Part shown: positions 1 through 7,391 of the stretch, in pieces
Numbering within the stretch: position 1 is the stretch's first letter
Layout of the letters: each line of letters begins with the position of its first letter
Assembly (NCBI GenBank): GCA_036351155.1
Contig: JAZBOO010000363.1
Coordinates: 1-12,828 of the forward strand
DNA: 12,828 nt
Direction: 5' to 3'
DNA from: Candidatus Krumholzibacteriia bacterium
Lineage (GTDB): Bacteria; Krumholzibacteriota; Krumholzibacteriia; LZORAL124-64-63
Program-made: the position numbers and the translations under genes
The notes under the pieces: generated by a model
What the model was told of the DNA's origin: nothing
The model's database searches: none
What the model saw: only the letters and a program-made list of their open reading frames with translations

Positions 1-254
1 GCATGCCGGCCTGCTCCTCCTTCCAGGATGCGACGTTCCTGTGCGCCAACGCCGAAGTGCCGGAAGACGTGGTCTACGACGTCATGAAGACGCTGTGGAG
101 CGAGGCGGGCATGGAGGCCATGGTCCAGGCCAAGAAGACCTTCAAGTCCATGACCCTCGAGAACGCCTTCGACGGCGCGTCGGTGCCCCTGCACCCGGGC
201 GCGGTCAAGTTCTGGGAAGAGATGGGCAAGACGGTCCCCGACAACCTGAAGTAG
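1..254 (+). CDS. TAXI-family TRAP transporter solute-binding protein, C-terminal part (5' end outside the window)
   Basis: Frame 3..254 has the typical TAXI C-terminus (A.VPEDVVY...K.LW ... VPLHPGAVKFWEE.G) and lies directly upstream of a fused TRAP permease. Confidence 0.88.
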   Translation, partial: MPACSSFQDATFLCANAEVPEDVVYDVMKTLWSEAGMEAMVQAKKTFKSMTLENAFDGASVPLHPGAVKFWEEMGKTVPDNLK

Positions 255-272
255 CTGCGGCCGCCGGCCGAC

Positions 273-306
273 GGCGCGGGGAGGGCCACCTCCCCGCGCC
301 TTCTCT
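273..306 (+). terminator. Intergenic stem-loop (partial terminator or mRNA-stabilising hairpin) between the TAXI receptor and the permease
   Basis: Perfect 12-bp stem GGCGCGGGGAGG-gcca-CCTCCCCGCGCC (273-300) followed by a weak pyrimidine tail TTCTCT. Confidence 0.6.
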
Positions 307-335
307 CAGCACCACCCACACCCGGAGCGCCAGCC

Positions 336-2516
336 ATGACCGAGCACGAACGCCCCACTCCCGCGGCCGACCTCCCGGACGGCGACGACGCCCATGCCGC
401 GGACCAGGAGGTCCTGGACGAACTGATGGAGAAGGACGCCAAGTCCGGACGCTCCCTCAGCAACTTCTGGCACTGGCTCACTGCCGGTCTCGGCATCTTC
501 ATGGTGTTGTTCTACATGTACAATTCGGGCGTCCAGCCCGTGTCGACGCAGTACCACAAGGGCATCTACGTCCTGATCACCTTCGTCATGGTGTTCCTGA
601 CCTACCCCATGACCTCCCGCTCGCGCACGGACCGGCCCAGCATCTCGGACATGGTGATGGCGCTGGTGGCCATCGCCACGGTGGGCTACTGGATCATGGA
701 GTACGAGAACCTGAACTACCGCATGGGCTCGGAGACGGGCCTGGACACCTTCGTGGCGGTGGTGGGCATCCTCATCTCGCTGGAGGCCGCACGACGGGTG
801 CTGGGCCTGAGCATGACCATGGCCGGCCTCGGCTTCCTGGTCTACCTGATGTGGGGCAACCTGCTGGAAGGCCTGCCGGTGCTCAACCAGTTCGCCCACG
901 ACGGCTTCAAGGTCACGCGGGCGCTGAACTTCCTCTTCTACAACCAGGACGGCGTGTTCGGCATCATGGCCGACGTGCTGGTGACGTACGTGATCCTGTT
1001 CATCTTCTTCGGCTCGTTCCTGAAGGCCTCGGGGGCCAGCCGCTTCTTCATCGACCTGCCCCTGGCCATCGCCGGCAAGAGCGTCGGCGGCCCGGCCAAG
1101 GTGGCGGTCATCGCCTCGGGCTTCTTCGGGTCGGTCTCCGGCTCGGCCATCGCCAACACCGTCTCCACCGGCGCCTTCACCATCCCCATGATGAAGAAGG
1201 CGGGCTTCCGCCCCCACGTGGCCGGCGCCATCGAGCCCTCGGCCTCCATCGGCGGCATGTTCATGCCCCCCATCATGGGCGCCGGCGGCTTCCTCATGGC
1301 CGAGATGACCGAGATCCCCTACGTCGATATCATGAAGATGGCCATCTTCCCGGCCGTGATGTACTTCCTCTCGGTGTTCGTCATGATCCACTTCGAGGCC
1401 AAGCGCTACGGCCTGTACGGCATCGAGGACCCCGACGCGCCCTCGGCCATGGAGATCCTCAAGAAAGAGTGGTTCCTGGTCACGCCCCTGGCCCTGATCA
1501 TCGTGCTGATGCTGACGGGAAAATCGGCCGGCTACTCGGCCGTGGTGGCGACCCTCAGCTGCGTGGTGGTCAGCTGGTTCACACCGGACAACAAGATGGG
1601 CTGGCGCCAGATCCGGGACGCCATGATCGAGGGCGGTCGCAACACCCTGATCATCGGCGCCACCGTCGGCGTCATCGGCATCATCGTGGGGACCATCAGC
1701 CTGTCGGGCATCGGTCTGAAGTTCTCGGACATCATCATCAGCCTCTCGGGCGGCTTCCTGCCGGTGGCCATCCTGCTCATCGGCATCGCGTCGCTGGTGC
1801 TGGGCATGGGCGTGCCCGTGACCGCAGCCTACCTGATTACCGCCGTGCTCACGGTGGGATCGGTAAGTAACATGATCGCCATGCAGCAATTCGGCGTGTC
1901 GTTTGCCGAACTTTCCAGCCCCCCCATGGGAGATCTCTCCATCGAGGCCTATCGAGCTCTGATTGCTTCAACAGCCGAATCGGCCGCCTGGGTCTTGATT
2001 GCCAGCCACATGATCGTGTACTGGTTCAGTCAGGACTCGAACATCACACCACCGGTGTGCGTGGCGGCCTATGCGGGAGCAGCCATCGCCGGGGCCGATC
2101 CCTGGAAGACCGGCTGGACCAGTTTCAAGTTCGCCAAGTTTCTTTACATCGGCCCCTTCCTGTTTGCCTACAGCCGGGGCTTTCTGCTCAATGGTTCCAC
2201 CATGGAGATCATCATCACCTTCACCACCATCACCCTGGCCACTGTGGCCTTTGGCAGCCTGACCATGGGGTACCTGGCCTGCGGCATGAACATCCTGGAG
2301 TGGGTGATCATGGCCGTGGCCACGGCCATCCTGTTCTTCCCCGGACTGGTCCACGCCGCCCTTCATGTGGACGTGCCCACTTTCCTGGTCGACGGGGTGG
2401 GCATCCTGCTGTGGGTGCTGGTCTTTGTCCTGCAAAAGGTCAGGATCAAGGCCAACCCCACCTTGACCCTGCCGGCCCACGAACAGAAAAAGCTGAGGGC
2501 TGCCGCCAGAGCCTGA
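336..2516 (+). CDS. TRAP transporter fused permease (4TM/12TM, DctQM fusion, TAXI type)
   Basis: 726-aa highly hydrophobic ORF with GGPAKVAV, GSVSGSAIANTVSTGAFTIPMMKKAG, ASIGGMFMPPIMGAGGFLMAE, LGMGVPVTAAY and SNITPPVCVAAY motifs; GGAG upstream of the ATG. Confidence 0.95.
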   Translation: MTEHERPTPAADLPDGDDAHAADQEVLDELMEKDAKSGRSLSNFWHWLTAGLGIFMVLFYMYNSGVQPVSTQYHKGIYVLITFVMVFLTYPMTSRSRTDRPSISDMVMALVAIATVGYWIMEYENLNYRMGSETGLDTFVAVVGILISLEAARRVLGLSMTMAGLGFLVYLMWGNLLEGLPVLNQFAHDGFKVTRALNFLFYNQDGVFGIMADVLVTYVILFIFFGSFLKASGASRFFIDLPLAIAGKSVGGPAKVAVIASGFFGSVSGSAIANTVSTGAFTIPMMKKAGFRPHVAGAIEPSASIGGMFMPPIMGAGGFLMAEMTEIPYVDIMKMAIFPAVMYFLSVFVMIHFEAKRYGLYGIEDPDAPSAMEILKKEWFLVTPLALIIVLMLTGKSAGYSAVVATLSCVVVSWFTPDNKMGWRQIRDAMIEGGRNTLIIGATVGVIGIIVGTISLSGIGLKFSDIIISLSGGFLPVAILLIGIASLVLGMGVPVTAAYLITAVLTVGSVSNMIAMQQFGVSFAELSSPPMGDLSIEAYRALIASTAESAAWVLIASHMIVYWFSQDSNITPPVCVAAYAGAAIAGADPWKTGWTSFKFAKFLYIGPFLFAYSRGFLLNGSTMEIIITFTTITLATVAFGSLTMGYLACGMNILEWVIMAVATAILFFPGLVHAALHVDVPTFLVDGVGILLWVLVFVLQKVRIKANPTLTLPAHEQKKLRAAARA

Positions 2517-2534
2517 CCCTCATGACCAGACAGC

Positions 2535-2568
2535 AAAAAGCCCCTTCCAGATGGAGGGGGCTTTTTTT
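2535..2568. terminator. Bidirectional rho-independent terminator
   Basis: AAAAA-GCCCCTTCC-agat-GGAGGGGGC-TTTTTTT between two convergent genes; there is a U-tract on both strands. Confidence 0.9.
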
Positions 2569-2587
2569 GACCACGGGAAGGTCAGAA

Positions 2588-4132
2588 TCAAGCGTCCATG
2601 TCTTTCCAGCGCCGCGCCATACGCGCGAACACGATCAGGGCGATGATCGCCACACCGCCGATGGCCGCAAACGGGAACCACACCGCGGGGCCGGGCTGGT
2701 AGGTGTTCCACAGGAGGTCCGTGGCCGCGGTGGCATCCAGTCCCAGGATCTCCTGGAGCTTCACGAACGCCTCGGTGCGCGGCACGCCGGTCACCGCATC
2801 GAGGCTGGACACGTGGCCATCCCAGGAGCCCCGGGGCACCAGCTCGGTGTGCTCGACAATATACTTCTGGGCCAGCACGGCTTTCTCGCCGAAGTTGCCG
2901 TAGAAGTAGCCCTGCAGCTTGGCTCCCACCAGGCCGCCAATGCCCACGGGGATGTTCACGTAGCCCAGATACAGCCCCTTCTTGCCCGGAGGTGATATCA
3001 GACCCAGGTATTCGCTTTTCTTGGGCCCGGTCAGCATTTCACCGAAGGAGAAACAGGCCACCCCCACCAGGAAAACACCTCCCGCCGCCGTCAGTCCCGC
3101 CACCAGCACACCCGCGGTGGCCATGGTCATGCCCAGCACCATGGCTTCCAGGGTGCGCATCTTGCGCACGGCCCAGGACACCGGAATGACCAGCAGGACG
3201 ATGAGGACGGCATTGAGATTGATCAGCAACTCCTGGGGCACCTGCGGGCCCCGGTCGGTTTCCATGACCCACTCATCGGGCAAGAAGGGCACCTTGTCGA
3301 TGAGCTGGGAAACATCGCTGCTGTCGTTCCAGTCGGTCACGAAGTTGGGCTGCAGGTCCCAAAGTGAGTACATCATCAACCAGAAACAGCTCATGATCAA
3401 AAGCCAGGTCACCAGCCGGGCGTCGCCCAGGTTGCGCAGGGTGCGCCACAGTACCCGCAGGGGGCCCTGGGTCTTGTCCGCGCCGCTGGAAAAATCCTTG
3501 AAGGTGAACAGCATGAGGTAGTTCAGGCTCATGATCCCGGCGGCGATGAAGAACAGCGCCTGCCAGCCCATGTCCGTGCGCACGAAGTTGGCCAGGACCG
3601 GGGCCGAGGCCGCCCCCACGTTGACGATCCAGTAAAAGATACCCCAGCCCAGCGAACTGTTGGTGCGGGTCAGGTTGTGCGCCAGGGAGCCCTGGATGGA
3701 CGGCTTGAAGAAGGCCGTGCCGGTGGCCAGGACAATCACACCCAGCAGGAAGCCGGTGTAGCTGGTCAACAATCCCATCAGCACGTAGCCGATGATGTTC
3801 AAGGTGATGGAGACGAACAGCGATTTCTTGTAGCCGTAGCGGTCGGCAAAGCCCCCGGTGAAGGTGGGCAAGATGGACTGGAAGGCAAACCAGAACGCAT
3901 AGATGGTGCCCTTGTCGGCGGCCGTCAGGTGCAATCCGTTGGGGTCATCCGCCTGCATGATGTAAATGGCCACCACGCTGCGGATGGAGTAGTAGGCGAG
4001 GCGCTCGAACATCTCGATGACGTTCAGCATCCAGTAGCCCACGGTGAAGCCCATGACCTTGCGGCGTCCGGCGAGTGGGTCGTGGGGATCCAGGTCCGGA
4101 CTGTTGCCGTCCAGGGGAGTCGCGTTCGTCAT
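2588..4132 (-). CDS. MFS transporter, POT/PTR (proton-dependent oligopeptide transporter)-like
   Basis: 514 aa. TM1 motif EMFERLAYYS (ExxERFxYY), GGFADRYG (MFS motif A), GTAFFKPS, IFYWIVNVGA, GEMLTGP; RBS AAGGA upstream of the ATG. Confidence 0.88.
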   Translation of the reverse strand: MTNATPLDGNSPDLDPHDPLAGRRKVMGFTVGYWMLNVIEMFERLAYYSIRSVVAIYIMQADDPNGLHLTAADKGTIYAFWFAFQSILPTFTGGFADRYGYKKSLFVSITLNIIGYVLMGLLTSYTGFLLGVIVLATGTAFFKPSIQGSLAHNLTRTNSSLGWGIFYWIVNVGAASAPVLANFVRTDMGWQALFFIAAGIMSLNYLMLFTFKDFSSGADKTQGPLRVLWRTLRNLGDARLVTWLLIMSCFWLMMYSLWDLQPNFVTDWNDSSDVSQLIDKVPFLPDEWVMETDRGPQVPQELLINLNAVLIVLLVIPVSWAVRKMRTLEAMVLGMTMATAGVLVAGLTAAGGVFLVGVACFSFGEMLTGPKKSEYLGLISPPGKKGLYLGYVNIPVGIGGLVGAKLQGYFYGNFGEKAVLAQKYIVEHTELVPRGSWDGHVSSLDAVTGVPRTEAFVKLQEILGLDATAATDLLWNTYQPGPAVWFPFAAIGGVAIIALIVFARMARRWKDMDA

Positions 4133-4229
4133 GTGGGCTTCCTTGCTGGGCTGTCAGGGGTGATCAGAGCCAATCGGGGTAAGTGAGAATACCATCAGAA
4201 CCGGGTGTGCCGCAACCTCAACCGGGGTT

Positions 4230-5144
4230 TCAGGCCCGACGGATCACCAGATCCCGCCAGCTGGCGAACATCCGGGCGGTGGGCTCGGCCCAGTGATTGA
4301 TCAGGTGGGGCATGAAAAAATGTTCCCGGAATTCCGGCAAAGGGCGACCGTCTTTCTGCGCTTTTTTCACGGCGAGACGCAGGTCGGTCAGGGCACCCTG
4401 CCCCTCGGGGGCCAGCAAGCCTTCCGGAAACGGCGGAAAATCGGGCCGCAGACCGCCATGAAAAAAGGCGACCTCCCGCTTGAATTCCTTGAGCAGGCTG
4501 ATGGTGTCGTACTCGGGGTGGCCCTGCAGGAGCACCAGGCGGCTATCCTTGTCCGCAGCCAGGTGGACCCCTGCCCCGCCCCCGCTGATCAACGGCCGCA
4601 ATCCCGCCCAGGCAAACTGGTCGGCCGCCAGGTCGTTGTGCCGGGAATGTGGGACGTCCACCCGGGAGGGCAATCCACGCGTCAGAGGATGGTCGCCGGG
4701 ACAGACTTCCTGGGCGAATACCCCCCACAGCTTGGCGCCCAGGGGACGGCGAAGCTGCCCGTACCGGAACTGCATCACCGCATGGGTGGCCAGGCAGGAG
4801 CAAAGGACCGATCCCACCTGAGCCTGTGCCCAGTCCATGACCCTGACCAGAGGATGCCAGAAGGCCTGGGTCTCCAGGCGGGGGTCGCTGAGGTTGACTC
4901 CGGTGATGATCAGCGCATCCAGACCTTGCCGCTGGATTCCCTCGAAGGACAGATAATTCTCGGCAATGTAGGATTGAGCGGGCGTGGTGCGCACAATTTC
5001 CGGAAGGGTGAAAACCCGCAGATCGGCGACCCGAGGATCCGCCCCACAGCCCAGCAATCGGGAAAACTGGCGGTCGGTGGCACGCAAAGCCCCATCCGCC
5101 ATCATGTTGAGTAACCCCACGCGCAGGGGACGATTCAAGGACAC
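4230..5144 (-). CDS. metA: Homoserine O-acyltransferase, MetA/HTS family (probably O-succinyltransferase)
   Basis: Motifs LRVGLLNMM, DALIITG, SCLATHA (catalytic Cys), KLWGVF, PHSRH and QGHPEYD (His-Glu). Start reassigned to the GTG at 5144, which has GGAGGT 8 nt upstream (304 aa). The longer 557-aa track ORF overlaps the SRAP gene. Confidence 0.88.
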   Translation of the reverse strand: MSLNRPLRVGLLNMMADGALRATDRQFSRLLGCGADPRVADLRVFTLPEIVRTTPAQSYIAENYLSFEGIQRQGLDALIITGVNLSDPRLETQAFWHPLVRVMDWAQAQVGSVLCSCLATHAVMQFRYGQLRRPLGAKLWGVFAQEVCPGDHPLTRGLPSRVDVPHSRHNDLAADQFAWAGLRPLISGGGAGVHLAADKDSRLVLLQGHPEYDTISLLKEFKREVAFFHGGLRPDFPPFPEGLLAPEGQGALTDLRLAVKKAQKDGRPLPEFREHFFMPHLINHWAEPTARMFASWRDLVIRRA

Positions 5145-5300
5145 CGGCCACCACCTCCATTCCTGCCCAAGGGTGGGTGATGAATCCGTCTCAGGCAAGG
5201 GGCGACCGGGTTCAGATGCGTCCGGGCAACCTGCGGCTTTTTCTTCGGGACTATCCACTGTATCTTGGGGGGCCACGGGAATACATCGAGGAGGATGTCC

Positions 5301-6008
5301 ATGTGCGGCCGCATCGTCTTGTCTTCGGCCCCCCATCAGCTGGCCGAGCACTTCTTTCTGGACGTGGTTCCCCCGGCGGAGGAGCCCAGATACAATATTG
5401 CCCCCGGGCAACAGATCGCCGCGGTGATTCCCAACCCCGGCAGCGAGGGCCGGTTGATCCGCTCCTTCACCTGGGGACTGGAACTGCCCTGGGCCAAGGG
5501 CCCCCAGCCCGGCCCGAAGCTGATCAATGCCCGGAGCGAGACCGTGCTGGACAAGCCGGCCTTTGCCGAATCTTTTCGTCAGCGGCGTTGCTTGATACCC
5601 GCCGATGGTTTCTACGAATGGCAGAAGCGGCCCACCGGCCCCCAGCCCTACTATTTTCGGGCCAAGGCGCAGGGTCCGCTGGCTCTGGCGGGCATCTGGT
5701 CCCGACAGGAGTATCCCGGTGACCATGTGGTGGAAAGCTGTTCCATCCTGACCACGGCGGCCAACAGCTTGATGCGCCCGGTACACCACCGGATGCCGGT
5801 GATCCTCCCTCGGGGAGACTGGCAATTCTGGCTGGACTTGCCCGAGGAGAAGGCGGAAAGCCTTCTGGAAATGTTGCGGCCCCTGGCCTCGGACCTGTTG
5901 CAAAGCTGGCCGGTGGATCGCCGGGTGAACTCACCGGGCTTTGACGGGCCCGAATGTGTCGTGCCGATCTGGGATGACCGGGGCGGCCAGTTGAATCTCT
6001 TTTCCTAG
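5301..6008 (+). CDS. SOS response-associated peptidase (SRAP; YedK/HMCES-like abasic-site protection protein)
   Basis: Starts M-C-G-R at ATG 5301 (RBS GAGGAG). Motifs PRYNIAPGQ, INARSET, RRCLIPADGFYEW, ILTT.AN and HHRMPVIL. Confidence 0.95.
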   Translation: MCGRIVLSSAPHQLAEHFFLDVVPPAEEPRYNIAPGQQIAAVIPNPGSEGRLIRSFTWGLELPWAKGPQPGPKLINARSETVLDKPAFAESFRQRRCLIPADGFYEWQKRPTGPQPYYFRAKAQGPLALAGIWSRQEYPGDHVVESCSILTTAANSLMRPVHHRMPVILPRGDWQFWLDLPEEKAESLLEMLRPLASDLLQSWPVDRRVNSPGFDGPECVVPIWDDRGGQLNLFS

Positions 6009-6017
6009 GGGACCACC

Positions 6018-6731
6018 TTGCCACAAAAAAACAATTTCGACGACACCCCGGGCTTGCGGTTATTCCTCGATTCGGCCGATCTGGCCGCCTGGCGGGACAT
6101 TCTCCCCGGAGGCGCCTTCCACGGTATCACCACGAATCCTCTCCTGCTGGAGAGAGCCGGATTGCCCTGCTCGCCTGATGTTCTGCACCAGCTGGTCGAG
6201 GAAGCTGAGAAGTTGCCGATCCAGGAAATCCATCTGCAGACCTGGGGGCGAACCACCGATGAGATGATCGCCAATGGCCAGGCGTTGGCCTCGCTGGATC
6301 GGCCCGGACTGCGGGTCGCTCTCAAGGTCCCGATGACGACGGAGGGGATGGCTGCCGCTGTTCAGCTGCGCGCCACCGGGTGCCCCCTGACCTTGACTGC
6401 AGTCTTCAGCAGTGGACAGGTACTCCTGGCGGCCGGCTTCCAGGCGGCGTATGTCGCCCCTTACCTGGGCCGCCTCAATGATCAGGGGCTGGATGGGGCT
6501 CACATCATCCAGACCATGGACCGAGTCCTCAAGAAATCTCATAGCCCCACACGGTTGCTCGTGGCCAGCCTGCGGACTGCGGGGGAAGTTGTGAATCTGG
6601 CCTCCACGGGAATAGACACCCTGACGTTTGGGCCGGGCGTGGCGGCGGACCTCCTCCAGGACCCGCTCACCGATCGCGCCCATGAAGATTTTTTGAGGGC
6701 CGTGAAAGAAGGGGGTAGGCCCCAGGCCTGA
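6018..6731 (+). CDS. Transaldolase-family protein, fructose-6-phosphate aldolase (FSA)-like
   Basis: LFLDSAD, GITTNP, Schiff-base LKVP, TAVFS, YVAPYLGR, VASLR. The TTG start is uncertain (AGGGG upstream). Confidence 0.85.
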   Translation: MPQKNNFDDTPGLRLFLDSADLAAWRDILPGGAFHGITTNPLLLERAGLPCSPDVLHQLVEEAEKLPIQEIHLQTWGRTTDEMIANGQALASLDRPGLRVALKVPMTTEGMAAAVQLRATGCPLTLTAVFSSGQVLLAAGFQAAYVAPYLGRLNDQGLDGAHIIQTMDRVLKKSHSPTRLLVASLRTAGEVVNLASTGIDTLTFGPGVAADLLQDPLTDRAHEDFLRAVKEGGRPQA

Positions 6732-6736
6732 CGGCA

Positions 6737-6752
6737 TGTTATATTATTGACA
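6737..6752 (+). promoter_or_regulatory. Possible promoter for the YbaK-family gene
   Basis: AT-rich island containing an extended -10 TGtTATATT (6737-6745). The adjacent TTGACA (6747-6752) has no well-spaced -10. Confidence 0.3.
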
Positions 6753-6833
6753 GATGGGGTTCAGGTCAGTCCGACTCGGTATCTCCCTGTCGCGTTCCCC
6801 CGGGCCCCCTCCCACCGGCAAAGGAGGGTTGCC

Positions 6834-7325
6834 ATGCCTTGTGACAAACTGCTGGAGTACCTCAGATCCAAAAACGTCAAATTCGATCTCGTTGAACATC
6901 CTCAAGCCTATGCCGCCAGAGATGTTGCCTTCAAGGCAGGGGTTCCTGGACGCCTGTTTGCCAAAACGGTGATGGTCAAGATGGACGGCAAAATGGCCAT
7001 GGCTGTTCTTCCTGCCGAGGAGAAGGTCAATTTCCACCTTTTGCGTGAGGCTGGGCGTGCGGATACCATTGCCCTGGCCACCGAGGAGGAGTTCGGGGCG
7101 ATATTTCCGGACTGTGAGCTGGGTGCCATGCCTCCGTTTGGCAACCTCTATGGTATGAAGGTCTACGTGGGGGGAACTCTGGCGCGGGCGCAGACCATCA
7201 CGTTCAATGCCGGGAATCATACGGAGGTGATCACGATGCCGTATGTGGATTTCGAGAGGTTGGTGATGCCGGGGGTGGCGTGGTTTACCTTTCGTCAAGT
7301 GAAGGAAATGACTGGAAAATCCTAA
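6834..7325 (+). CDS. YbaK/EbsC-family aminoacyl-tRNA deacylase (trans-editing, ProXp-like)
   Basis: AKTVMVK (conserved Lys), LATEEE, CELGAMPPFG (GxxxP) and FNAGNH; RBS AAGGAGG before ATG 6834; 163 aa. Confidence 0.9.
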   Translation: MPCDKLLEYLRSKNVKFDLVEHPQAYAARDVAFKAGVPGRLFAKTVMVKMDGKMAMAVLPAEEKVNFHLLREAGRADTIALATEEEFGAIFPDCELGAMPPFGNLYGMKVYVGGTLARAQTITFNAGNHTEVITMPYVDFERLVMPGVAWFTFRQVKEMTGKS

Positions 7326-7348
7326 GGCGTGCCACGGAAATTGTTTCT
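7326..7348 (+). repeat. IS terminal inverted repeat (downstream of the transposase)
   Basis: GGCGTGCCACGGAAATTGTTTCT versus the reverse complement of 8518-8540, GGCGTGCCACGAAGAATGTTTCT. Confidence 0.9.
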
Positions 7349-7353
7349 ACCTG

Positions 7354-7384
7354 TTCTCCCATGACCCACTCGATCATGGGAGAA
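7354..7384. repeat. Subterminal perfect hairpin inside the IS
   Basis: TTCTCCCATGA-cccactcga-TCATGGGAGAA, an 11-bp perfect stem. Confidence 0.8.
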
Positions 7385-7391
7385 TCAATTT

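Noticed and set aside
41..1889. Long alternative-frame and antisense ORFs (41..1870 +, 306..1889 -), and likewise 8531..10144 + and 10731..11570 +
   Set aside because: Shadow ORFs of GC3-rich genes with low-complexity R/G/P/H content and no recognisable motifs.
2825..2842. LVPRGS (thrombin site) inside the POT transporter, suggesting vector sequence
   Set aside because: It lies in-frame in a natural loop with host-like codons, and there is no His-tag or vector context, so it is coincidental.
5145..5300. SAM/SAH riboswitch upstream of metA, or LexA box upstream of SRAP
   Set aside because: I could not match SAM-I or SAH cores, CTGT-N8-ACAG or GAAC-N4-GTTC by eye. An Rfam or motif scan would be needed.
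5145..5903. 557-aa ORF suggesting a MetA fusion with a long N-terminal domain
   Set aside because: The extension is antisense to the clear SRAP gene, and a GTG with a good RBS at 5144 explains metA.
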